This document shows positions 8,437 through 16,298 of a stretch of 32,000 nucleotides of DNA, in pieces; position 1 is the first letter of the stretch; every line of letters begins with the position of its first letter. The stretch is taken from positions 780,001-812,000 of the forward strand of contig NC_007335.2 of the NCBI RefSeq assembly GCF_000012465.1, read 5' to 3'. Under the pieces are notes generated by a model, which was not told the origin of the DNA, did no database searches, and saw only the letters and a list, made by a program, of their open reading frames with translations. The DNA is from Prochlorococcus marinus str. NATL2A (GTDB lineage: Bacteria; Cyanobacteriota; Cyanobacteriia; PCC-6307; Cyanobiaceae). A program made the translations under genes and the position numbers.

Positions 8437-8835
8437 TTAGAAAATATCTTTCAGTGTGAATATTATCCATTTAATAAGATTTATTGGATTTGCTATCGTC
8501 TTAACTTTCCTGTTCCCATTTAATTCATAAGCAACTGTATATTTTCCTAATATAAGGTCATTGTTTTTCGGGTTATAGTATTTTTTCGTATCTTCAATCC
8601 TATATTCTCTTTTTGTTTGTTCTTTTAACTCGGTGTCAAAAATCCATATCTTAAGATTATTTTTAGTCATTAATACATATCCAATACCCATACCATCTGT
8701 CATTTTATAATCAACAATTTCTCCACTTATAATTTTTGGTAAGTTATCCAATAATTTGTCTGGCAGTAGATTTTCAATTTTCGACTTATCTACTTCTATC
8801 ATTTCCCCAATTGGTATTAGCGGATTTACTTCCAT
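8437..8835 (-). CDS. Hypothetical protein, 132 aa, with a PetP/DUF2862-like SH3 segment plus a C-terminal extension
   Basis: 'GEIVDYKMTDGMGIGYVLMTKNNLKIWIFDTELKE' resembles the PetP (Ssr2998-type) 'KMTDGSGIG...WFFEDEL' pattern recalled from memory. About 60 further residues have no known match. Confidence 0.5.
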   Translation of the reverse strand: MEVNPLIPIGEMIEVDKSKIENLLPDKLLDNLPKIISGEIVDYKMTDGMGIGYVLMTKNNLKIWIFDTELKEQTKREYRIEDTKKYYNPKNNDLILGKYTVAYELNGNRKVKTIANPINLIKWIIFTLKDIF

Positions 8836-8959
8836 TATGATTAACTTTAGATTTGACTAAATTAACATATTTTACGAATCAGTGAATTAACTATCGATCT
8901 ACTAATAATTTCATTATGTGTTGGAAGCATATCTTCTGTTTTCGCTTAATTTTCTGAAT

Positions 8960-9142
8960 TTAAAAACCTTTGAGTTTCTTTTCTTCTTTTTCTTCTTCCT
9001 TTTGTTTTAAATAATTCGCCTTTACATAGTTTATTCCAATTATGGTTAGCTTTATAAAGGCAAATGCCGTAGCTATGAATCCGACTAAGATAACAGTTGA
9101 TAAAAGAGCTGATCCAAGATCTATTTCAGATAAATTGGGCAT
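8960..9142 (-). CDS. Hypothetical small membrane protein, 60 aa
   Basis: Single TM helix 'ALLSTVILVGFIATAFAFIKLTIIGI' followed by the highly charged tail 'KQKEEEKEEKKLKGF'. Confidence 0.45.
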   Translation of the reverse strand: MPNLSEIDLGSALLSTVILVGFIATAFAFIKLTIIGINYVKANYLKQKEEEKEEKKLKGF

Positions 9143-9291
9143 GTGAAAAATCTCTACTAATTTAATTAATATTTTATGAATAGAAGTTTAATTCAATACT
9201 TAAATTTTAAATAATTCATAATTTATATTGGTTACAAGACATCCGTAGATAATTTTTTCAAATCGATGCATAACTGAAATAGGAATATAAA

Positions 9292-9507
9292 TTGAAAATG
9301 AATCAAACTCAATTTAAAATCCCACTTTCAAGTTTAAGGCCTTACACAGTTCATTATAGGAACTGTGATAACCAACGTCTTGAGAATTGCTTTTATGCCT
9401 GTGATGCATATGAAGCGAGATTACTTGCAATGGAATTTAATAGATACATTCATGAGCATCCAAATTGCATTGATCTTATAAGAAGGGAAATGATTAAGAA
9501 TATCTAG
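9292..9507 (+). CDS. Hypothetical protein, about 70 aa
   Basis: ORF from TTG 9292, with an alternative ATG at 9298. Cys/His-containing soluble protein. No domain recognised. Confidence 0.45.
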   Translation: MKMNQTQFKIPLSSLRPYTVHYRNCDNQRLENCFYACDAYEARLLAMEFNRYIHEHPNCIDLIRREMIKNI

Positions 9508-9555
9508 ATTCATTTATAATTAATATATTTTTTAAAAAAATCCAGTTTAATTTAT

Positions 9556-10329
9556 ATGTTAAATAATGATATTTTTTCTCATATTATTTTGGGAATTATA
9601 TCTTTTTTTTCTAATTTTATTTCTGCTTTATCTGGTGGAGGTGCTGGGCTAATACAACTCCCAGCCCTTTTGTTTTTAGGATTACCGTTTTCTAAAGCAT
9701 TGGCAACTCATAAAGTTGCAAGCGTTGCACTAGGCTTAGGTGCTTCCATTCCTCATCTAAAACGACGCAGCTTAAAGATAAACTATGCTTTTTTGATATT
9801 AATTTCTGGGATACCAGGTGTTTTGTTAGGTGCCTATACTTCCTCCATATTGCCTAGTAGTTTTTCTACTACCTTATTAGGATTATTGACTTTATTTCTT
9901 AGTTTTTACTCAATAAAGCAGAAAAATCTTGGAAGTTCAAATCAAAAATTATCAATTAATAAGTTAAGGATTCTTATTGGCTCATTTGGTCTTTTTATTA
10001 TTGGTTTCCTTAATGGCTATCTATCCTCTGGTACTGGATTATTTGTGACGATTTGGATGATAATTTTATTTGACTTATCCTTTTCTGTTGCTGTTGCTTA
10101 CACTTTGATTTTTGTTGGAATCTTTTGGAATGGTATAGGAGCTTTCTCCTTAGGAATGACTGGGAATATTATTTGGGACTATATACCCGTATTGATTTTA
10201 GGTTCTCTTTTAGGTGGATACTTAGGAGCTAAGTTCTCAATAATTAAAGGGACCAAGTTTATCAAAGTTGTTTTTGAATTAGTCTCTTTTTCTGTAGGAA
10301 TTTCATTACTAGTTAAAGGTTTTTTATGA
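9556..10329 (+). CDS. TauE/SafE (DUF81) family anion/sulfite exporter-like membrane protein
   Basis: 257 aa with about 7-8 TM segments. 'ALSGGGAGLIQLPALLFLGLP' is the characteristic Gly-rich first helix, and a pseudo-repeat occurs in the second half ('GYLSSGTGLF'). Confidence 0.8.
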   Translation: MLNNDIFSHIILGIISFFSNFISALSGGGAGLIQLPALLFLGLPFSKALATHKVASVALGLGASIPHLKRRSLKINYAFLILISGIPGVLLGAYTSSILPSSFSTTLLGLLTLFLSFYSIKQKNLGSSNQKLSINKLRILIGSFGLFIIGFLNGYLSSGTGLFVTIWMIILFDLSFSVAVAYTLIFVGIFWNGIGAFSLGMTGNIIWDYIPVLILGSLLGGYLGAKFSIIKGTKFIKVVFELVSFSVGISLLVKGFL

Positions 10330-11511
10330 GCTGCCTGCTTTTTCTAAATCATCTTGTAATTTAATCTCACAATCTAGAACTCTTGCCCAACATGGTAATT
10401 GCTGCTTTACAGGTGATTCAAGGAATTTATTGATGGCAGGCCTTAATAGTTTTCCAAAAGTATGAACTGCTAGTTCTTCTTTATGTCTACTGTAAGGCAA
10501 TTGATTAACTGAGGAATCTAAACTAAATTGTTTAACTCTATCTTCTCCTGCTCTTCTATATAAAACCTCCAAGTTTGCTAATTGAGAACTCGTAAGTGTT
10601 CTTGCTTCATGTTCCATTAACCCTCTTAAAACACTTGAAAGAATTTCTGTAGACATTTTTTGGAGGCCTTCATTAGGCTTTGAACCAATTTCTTTGTGTT
10701 TGTGGTCGAAAATACCGAGATCCACTTGTGCGATTCTTGATATCCTTACGTTTTTATAAACCTCAGAGAGTAGCCCTATCTCTAATCCCCAGTCGCATGG
10801 GATTCTTAAATTCATTGCTAAGTCAGTAGTAAAAGCAAATTCTCCAGCTAATGGATATCTAAAAGACTGTAAATATTGGAGGAATGGCGCATTACCTATC
10901 AATTGTTCCAAGCTTGATAGAAGTGGTCCTACAAATAATCGTGTAGCTCTACCTTGAAGAGCATTTGTCTCAAGAGATAGGCGGCTGTAAAAAGCTTTTA
11001 CATAAGAAATCCCATTTGACTTTTCTAATAAAGGTCCCAACATTCTTGCTGGATAATTGGAGTTGAATGTTCTTATATCAGCATCGAAAAGTGCTACTAC
11101 TTCTGAGCTTTTTGTTGCCACACCCACTCCTTGCCATACTGCCCATCCTTTTCCTGGAACACCTAAGAGATCTAATCCATTCTTCTCTTGGTCTTTTAGC
11201 AATTCAATAACCGCCGGACTATTAGTCCATTGGACGTGGACTGGATATGGCATTTCTTTAAAGAAATCCCTAGCCTTAGCCACATCCTCTTTATTACTTG
11301 CAGATAAGGCTATGACTAGTTGATTTAAATTTCTTAATTCTTTTAAAGTGCTTCTTATAAGTTTTAATGCTGGCCTACTGAACTCATCGAATAGGCATGG
11401 AATAAGTATTGATGTTGGCCGTTTTAATAGCTCTTTATTTAATTGAGATACTGGATCTTTTGCTAATCCGTACTCATGAATAGTTGTGATTAAACCCTGC
11501 TGAAAGTCCAT
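10324..11511 (-). CDS. gpgS: Glucosyl-3-phosphoglycerate synthase (GT81 family)
   Basis: 395 aa. GT-A fold with the DxD-type motif 'VVALFDADIRTF' and the N-terminal 'ILIPCLFDE'. Size and layout match MpgS/GpgS-type enzymes. It sits next to an MPGP-family phosphatase. Its stop overlaps the convergent TauE gene by 6 nt. Confidence 0.8.
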   Translation of the reverse strand: MDFQQGLITTIHEYGLAKDPVSQLNKELLKRPTSILIPCLFDEFSRPALKLIRSTLKELRNLNQLVIALSASNKEDVAKARDFFKEMPYPVHVQWTNSPAVIELLKDQEKNGLDLLGVPGKGWAVWQGVGVATKSSEVVALFDADIRTFNSNYPARMLGPLLEKSNGISYVKAFYSRLSLETNALQGRATRLFVGPLLSSLEQLIGNAPFLQYLQSFRYPLAGEFAFTTDLAMNLRIPCDWGLEIGLLSEVYKNVRISRIAQVDLGIFDHKHKEIGSKPNEGLQKMSTEILSSVLRGLMEHEARTLTSSQLANLEVLYRRAGEDRVKQFSLDSSVNQLPYSRHKEELAVHTFGKLLRPAINKFLESPVKQQLPCWARVLDCEIKLQDDLEKAGSS

Positions 11512-11582
11512 TCAAGAAAAAAGTTTTACAGATTCAAGGTGGGAGCTACGATGAGGTAGAGATGATCGTTTTTCTTTAAAGA

Positions 11583-13334
11583 GTGTCTGAGTTGGATAGT
11601 GAATTAGATGAGCTGAGATTATCTCTCAGAGAAATTTATCCTGGGCACTCTGAACAAGAAATCAATTCAGTGTGGTCGCAATTGTTGCAGATTCTTGATC
11701 CATTTTGTGTTAACAAGGGCAAAGATGAATTAGAGATCGAATCAATTTGGGATTCTTCAAGTGTTGTTTTGATTACTTACCCTGATTCAATTTATAGGAA
11801 GGATGAATCAACTTTAAAAACATTAACTGAATTCGTAAAAAATAGATTAGGTGGCCTTTCATCAGTCATACATGTTTTACCATTTCTTCCTTCTACAAGT
11901 GATGGAGGATTCGCTGTTTCTAATCATGAAAAAATCGATGATTCCTTTGGGAATTGGAATGATTTAAAGGATTTATCTGGTAAGCATAAAATAATGGCAG
12001 ATCTAGTTTTAAATCATGTCTCTTCTTCTCATCCATGGGTTCATCAATTTATAAAATCAGAGGATTCAGGTCCGTCTTACATTGTTTCTCCTTCTGAGAC
12101 TAATGTTTGGGAAAATGTGATAAGGCCCAGAAATACATCACTCTTTACCAATATCAATACTAAACAAGGCTTTAAGAGTGTTTGGACAACCTTTGGACCA
12201 GATCAGATTGATGTTGATTGGAGGAATCCAAATATCTTTTTAGAGTTTTTGAAATTATTGGTTAGATACATAACTAATGGAGCTGACTGGATTCGACTTG
12301 ATGCAATTGCATTTATTTGGAAGGAGCCGCATACTACTTGTTTACATTTAGACCCAGTACACTCAATAGTTAAGCTGTTAAATAAATGTTTGAAGATTAT
12401 AAAACCTTCGGCAGTATTAATTACCGAGACTAATGTTCCAGAGAAAGAAAACCTTTCTTATTTGATTGAAGGAAATGAAGCTAATCTTGCTTATAACTTT
12501 ACTCTACCTCCTTTATTATTAGAAGCTATTTATACCGGTAAAACAGATTTATTGAAGAGTTGGTTGTCAACGTGGAAAGAGTTGCCAAGGCACACTTCTT
12601 TGCTCAACTTCACTTCTTCACACGATGGTATTGGATTACGAGCACTAGAAGGCATTATGGACGATCAGAGAATACATAATCTCTTGGTTGAATCAGAGAA
12701 ACGAGGAGGATTAGTTAGTCATCGTCGCTTGTCAAATGGAGATGATCAACCTTATGAATTAAACATTAGTTGGTGGAGTGCGATGTCAAACGAAGGCTCC
12801 GATAATACGGTATTTCAATTTGAGCGTTTTTTATTAAGTCAGCTTTTTACTTTATCCATAAAAGGTGTTCCAGCTTTTTATCTTCCATCTGTATTAGCTT
12901 CTCCGAATGATATAGATTCTTTTAGGAAAACAGGGCAAAGAAGAGATTTAAATCGAGAAAAATTTGAAGCTAACCAATTACTTGATGTACTTAAGAACTT
13001 TGATTCTCCCGCTAGTAAAAATATTTCATACCTCACTCATATAGTTAAAGTCAGGTCAAGACTTAAAGCTTTTCATCCGGAGGCGAGTATGAAATGTATC
13101 TCTACGAATATAGCTAATTGTATAATTCTTCAAAGAGGCTTGGATGAAGATAGTGTCTATGTTATTTGTAATATGTCTAGTAATTTCTTATGTATTTCTC
13201 CATTAAATCAAATTAATTCATTAGAATTAACCCCTGAGAAACGTTTACTAGATAATATTACAGGTTCTTATTTCAATACTGATACTTTTAAACTTAATCC
13301 TTATCAAGTCGTTTGGCTTACATTAGATGATTAG
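11583..13334 (+). CDS. GH13_18 sucrose-phosphorylase-family enzyme, probably a glucosylglycerate phosphorylase
   Basis: All four GH13 regions are present: 'ADLVLNHVS' (I), 'GADWIRLDAIAFIWK' (II, nucleophile Asp), 'VLITETN' (III, acid/base Glu) and 'NFTSSHDGIGL' (IV). GTG start. Specificity is inferred only from the gpgS/gpgP neighbours. Confidence 0.8.
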   Translation: MSELDSELDELRLSLREIYPGHSEQEINSVWSQLLQILDPFCVNKGKDELEIESIWDSSSVVLITYPDSIYRKDESTLKTLTEFVKNRLGGLSSVIHVLPFLPSTSDGGFAVSNHEKIDDSFGNWNDLKDLSGKHKIMADLVLNHVSSSHPWVHQFIKSEDSGPSYIVSPSETNVWENVIRPRNTSLFTNINTKQGFKSVWTTFGPDQIDVDWRNPNIFLEFLKLLVRYITNGADWIRLDAIAFIWKEPHTTCLHLDPVHSIVKLLNKCLKIIKPSAVLITETNVPEKENLSYLIEGNEANLAYNFTLPPLLLEAIYTGKTDLLKSWLSTWKELPRHTSLLNFTSSHDGIGLRALEGIMDDQRIHNLLVESEKRGGLVSHRRLSNGDDQPYELNISWWSAMSNEGSDNTVFQFERFLLSQLFTLSIKGVPAFYLPSVLASPNDIDSFRKTGQRRDLNREKFEANQLLDVLKNFDSPASKNISYLTHIVKVRSRLKAFHPEASMKCISTNIANCIILQRGLDEDSVYVICNMSSNFLCISPLNQINSLELTPEKRLLDNITGSYFNTDTFKLNPYQVVWLTLDD

Positions 13335-14136
13335 TCTTATGAAAAATAATTCTAAATATTGGATAGTTACAGATCTTGATGGCACTTTAATGGACGAAGA
13401 TTACGATATAACTCCTGCCAAAAAAACCTTGAAAATATTGGCAGAATTGAATATTCCTGTAATACCTTGTACTAGTAAAACTGCTTCTGAAGTTAGATAT
13501 TTTAGAAAAGAGAATGCATTGACAGATCCTTTTATTGTCGAAAATGGAGCAGCTGTTTATGGGGGTTATGAACAAAATTCGTCTGAATGGGAATTGATCT
13601 TAGGAAAAAGTTATTTTGAATTAAAAACTATATTATTTAATATCTCTAAAAAAGTTAACTACCACTTAACCCCATTAAATGATTTAAGCAAAAATCAAAT
13701 ATATGAACTTACAGGATTATCTGATCAAGGTATTACTAGAGCTCTTGATAGGTGCTGGAGCGTTCCTTTCTTAAATCCTCCTGATGATATTTTTGAGAAT
13801 GTAAAGTCTATTTGTGATTTTTATAATGTGCATGTTTTCAAAGGAAATAGAATGAGTCATTTACTCTCCAGTGAAAGTCATAAAGGTAAAGCTGTTAATA
13901 AATTAAAGGTATATCTACAGAACAATGATGTAAAGATTATTGCACTTGGGGATTCGCAAAATGATCTTCCTTTACTTGAATATGCCGATATATCTATCGT
14001 TATTCCTGGTAAAAATGGCCCAAATAAGTACTTACAGAATGGTATTGATAATGGCTCTTTTAGATTAGCAAATGCCCCTCACGCAGAAGGGTGGGCAAAT
14101 AGTGTTCAGGATATTATTAAAGATTTTAAGGATTGA
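13327..14136 (+). CDS. gpgP: Glucosyl-/mannosyl-3-phosphoglycerate phosphatase (HAD-IIB, MPGP/YedP family)
   Basis: HAD motif I 'VTDLDGTLMD', motif II 'PCTSKT', motif III Lys 'HKGKAV', motif IV 'GDSQNDLPLL'. ATG 13327 overlaps the upstream stop by 8 nt. An alternative ATG is at 13339. Confidence 0.85.
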   Translation: MISLMKNNSKYWIVTDLDGTLMDEDYDITPAKKTLKILAELNIPVIPCTSKTASEVRYFRKENALTDPFIVENGAAVYGGYEQNSSEWELILGKSYFELKTILFNISKKVNYHLTPLNDLSKNQIYELTGLSDQGITRALDRCWSVPFLNPPDDIFENVKSICDFYNVHVFKGNRMSHLLSSESHKGKAVNKLKVYLQNNDVKIIALGDSQNDLPLLEYADISIVIPGKNGPNKYLQNGIDNGSFRLANAPHAEGWANSVQDIIKDFKD

Positions 14137-15146
14137 TGAAAGATAAAGATATTAATAATGATTTTAATCATATTTTCCCAAAGGATATAAGGGACGATTT
14201 CCTTTTTTCTCTTGATAGTTATCGTCTATTTCTTGAAGGCTTGTCTATTAACCCTTCACTCTTTTATCAAAAATGGTCTGATGTTCATCTTCAATCAATT
14301 ATTGATAAATATTGGAAACCAACTCAAAAATCAGATTGGAAATGGTCGTTAGCACTTCCAATTTTTTCTCTTTTAGAAAATTATATAAATACTTTTAATA
14401 AACCAATAATAATTGGTTTTTCAGGACTTCCTGGATCTGGAAAATCTACTCTTGGACTTTGGATTGATAGTGTAGCTAGAGAACTATCTTTAGATATTAA
14501 GGTTATATCTTTGGATGATTTTTATTTGCCTGGCCATGAAATGGACGTTGCAATGACTGGTAATCCATGGAATGTTCCTCGAGGTTTTCCAGGGAGTCAT
14601 TCTTTAGATTTATTGAATCAATCATTAGACGTTTTCTTAAAAACTGGTGTGTTGAATAGTCCGACTTTTGATAAGTCATTAAGAGATGGGAAAGGAGATA
14701 GATCAGGATGGTGTGATTCACAACCTAGAGTTTTAATTTTGGAGGGTTGGTTCGTAGGCTGTGAAGCTGTTTCTGATTTATCGAAAATAGATTCCATGGC
14801 TGCGGACGAATTTAATTTGTCATTGAGTCAGAGTGAAAAAGATTATCGAATTTTGATTCAAGAATCACTCTTTGAATATAGTCATATTTGGAAAAAATTT
14901 GAAAAGATTTGGCATCTTAAGTCTTCTCAATTTAATAATACAATTCTGTGGAAATCACAGCAAGAAGGAGAAATGATTAAGTTGAAAGGTTCGGGTCTAA
15001 AAGGAAATAATCTAAGTAATTTTATTCGAATGATTCAAACCTCTATTCCACAGCAATCGTTATCATTTATTAATTCAGATACGACAGTTGGAATTAATCA
15101 AGATCGTAGGATTAATTTTCTAAAGACTAGTAAATACTATTTTTGA
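14133..15146 (+). CDS. glyK: P-loop D-glycerate 3-kinase (plant/cyanobacterial GLYK type)
   Basis: P-loop 'IIGFSGLPGSGKSTL', then 'ISLDDFYL' and 'LILEGWFVGC', matching the Arabidopsis GLYK / yeast Tda10 family pattern from memory. The TTG 14133 / ATG 14136 starts overlap the gpgP TGA. Confidence 0.7.
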   Translation: MMKDKDINNDFNHIFPKDIRDDFLFSLDSYRLFLEGLSINPSLFYQKWSDVHLQSIIDKYWKPTQKSDWKWSLALPIFSLLENYINTFNKPIIIGFSGLPGSGKSTLGLWIDSVARELSLDIKVISLDDFYLPGHEMDVAMTGNPWNVPRGFPGSHSLDLLNQSLDVFLKTGVLNSPTFDKSLRDGKGDRSGWCDSQPRVLILEGWFVGCEAVSDLSKIDSMAADEFNLSLSQSEKDYRILIQESLFEYSHIWKKFEKIWHLKSSQFNNTILWKSQQEGEMIKLKGSGLKGNNLSNFIRMIQTSIPQQSLSFINSDTTVGINQDRRINFLKTSKYYF

Positions 15147-15268
15147 CACTCTTCAAACCAATTAAAAATAATACGTCTTATTATTTATTTTATCTTTTGT
15201 TAAACTTTTATCTTTTTTTCTATTTACACTCTATCATTATTAAATATTAATCCTCCCATGCCTATAAA

Positions 15269-15646
15269 ATGGCTTCATATGTATATTTGATTCAGAATGG
15301 TGATTTATTCAATATTGGTTTTACAGACAACCTTGAACGAACAAGAATTAATTTAAGACCTGGAGAATTGGTAGCATTTCTAAATACTGATAACCCTGAA
15401 CCGCTTATTAAAAATATCAGGAAAATATATGTTGATAACAGATTACCTGGATCAGATTATTATCGACTTGCGAATTCACAAGTAAAAGAATGCAGAACTC
15501 TTCTAGAAGGAGATGGGTCGAATAATTATTTTCAGCCATTTCTCAAGGGACCAAGTTTATTTGTATTCTTTATTTTTTCTTGGATTTTATTGACTTATTT
15601 TATTATTGAGTTTGCTGTAGATCCTGTTCTAAGTCGGTTTACCTAA
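15269..15646 (+). CDS. GIY-YIG/T5orf172-like domain protein with a C-terminal TM anchor, 125 aa
   Basis: N-terminus 'YVYLIQNGDLFNIGFTDNLERT' resembles the GIY-YIG / MUG113 (T5orf172) opening motif. The C-terminal 'LFVFFIFSWILLTYFIIEFAV' is a hydrophobic helix. Confidence 0.5.
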   Translation: MASYVYLIQNGDLFNIGFTDNLERTRINLRPGELVAFLNTDNPEPLIKNIRKIYVDNRLPGSDYYRLANSQVKECRTLLEGDGSNNYFQPFLKGPSLFVFFIFSWILLTYFIIEFAVDPVLSRFT

Positions 15647-15753
15647 TCCTTACTATTCTTTGATTAAATATATTAATGATTTATACATAATCTTGCTTCC
15701 ATAGATTTAATTTCATTGTTAGATTAGTGTAAATATTATAAATTTAGTCTGAT

Positions 15754-15888
15754 TTGAATTTATCTAGTTTTTTGATTTTTGCTGCATTCCCTTTTGTTGT
15801 GTCAACAGTATTTTTTGGCACTAAGAATGGATATTACAATAGCGATGACTATGAGGGAGATGGTTGTGCTCATGATGTTCAGAGGTGA
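15754..15888 (+). CDS. Candidate small ORF, 44 aa, TTG start (LNLSSFLIFAAFPFVVSTVFFGTKNGYYNSDDYEGDGCAHDVQR)
   Basis: One N-terminal TM helix plus an acidic tail, in a 280-bp gap. A stop lies 3 codons upstream, and there is no ATG in the ORF. Confidence 0.2.
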   Translation: MNLSSFLIFAAFPFVVSTVFFGTKNGYYNSDDYEGDGCAHDVQR

Positions 15889-15930
15889 TAGTTTCTCCAA
15901 TCGACCTTTTGCTAAATATATAAGTATCTT

Positions 15931-16212
15931 TTAATTGCTTGAATTTTTGATGCATGTCCATTTGCTATCAAATTGCCAGACAGGCTTATAGATTTCATCT
16001 TCAATTGTTTTCCCAGCTTCTATACACATCTTTTTCGTCCCAATTGGAATAGCAAATAATGATGGACTTGTGATGCCACTTACTTGTGGTTTACCTCCAG
16101 GTCCCTGTCTATAGCTACCTATTACTAACCAGTAATCTGCTTTAGCCTTTTCTTGAATTCCCGCTAAGGAGGTTAGGGCAATAATAAATGAGAATATAAT
16201 TTTTTTTCGCAT
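15931..16212 (-). CDS. Hypothetical secreted/periplasmic protein, 93 aa
   Basis: Signal-peptide-like N-terminus 'MRKKIIFSFIIALTSLAGIQEKAKA'. The mature part carries two Cys residues. Confidence 0.55.
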   Translation of the reverse strand: MRKKIIFSFIIALTSLAGIQEKAKADYWLVIGSYRQGPGGKPQVSGITSPSLFAIPIGTKKMCIEAGKTIEDEIYKPVWQFDSKWTCIKNSSN

Positions 16213-16298
16213 GATTTATTTTTATTTTTGAAATCATATATATACTAATTGAAAATTTCTATATATTTAGCGAATTGTGTTTTTATTATCTTCTAAAT

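Noticed and set aside
11057-11323. 88-aa plus-strand ORF antisense to gpgS
   Set aside because: It is embedded in a CDS with family motifs, so it looks like a shadow ORF.
11546-11559. Inverted repeat CTAC-N6-GTAG in the gpgS/phosphorylase divergent spacer, considered as an NtcA site
   Set aside because: The NtcA consensus is GTA-N8-TAC. This element has the opposite half-site order and the wrong spacing.
13387-14721. Minus-strand ORFs 13387..13575 and 14503..14721, antisense to gpgP and the glycerate kinase
   Set aside because: They are shadow ORFs within well-supported genes.
15751-15762. 'gatttgaa', identical to part of the tRNA-Pro T-arm region, considered as an att-site remnant
   Set aside because: Only 8 nt match, which is far too short to be significant.
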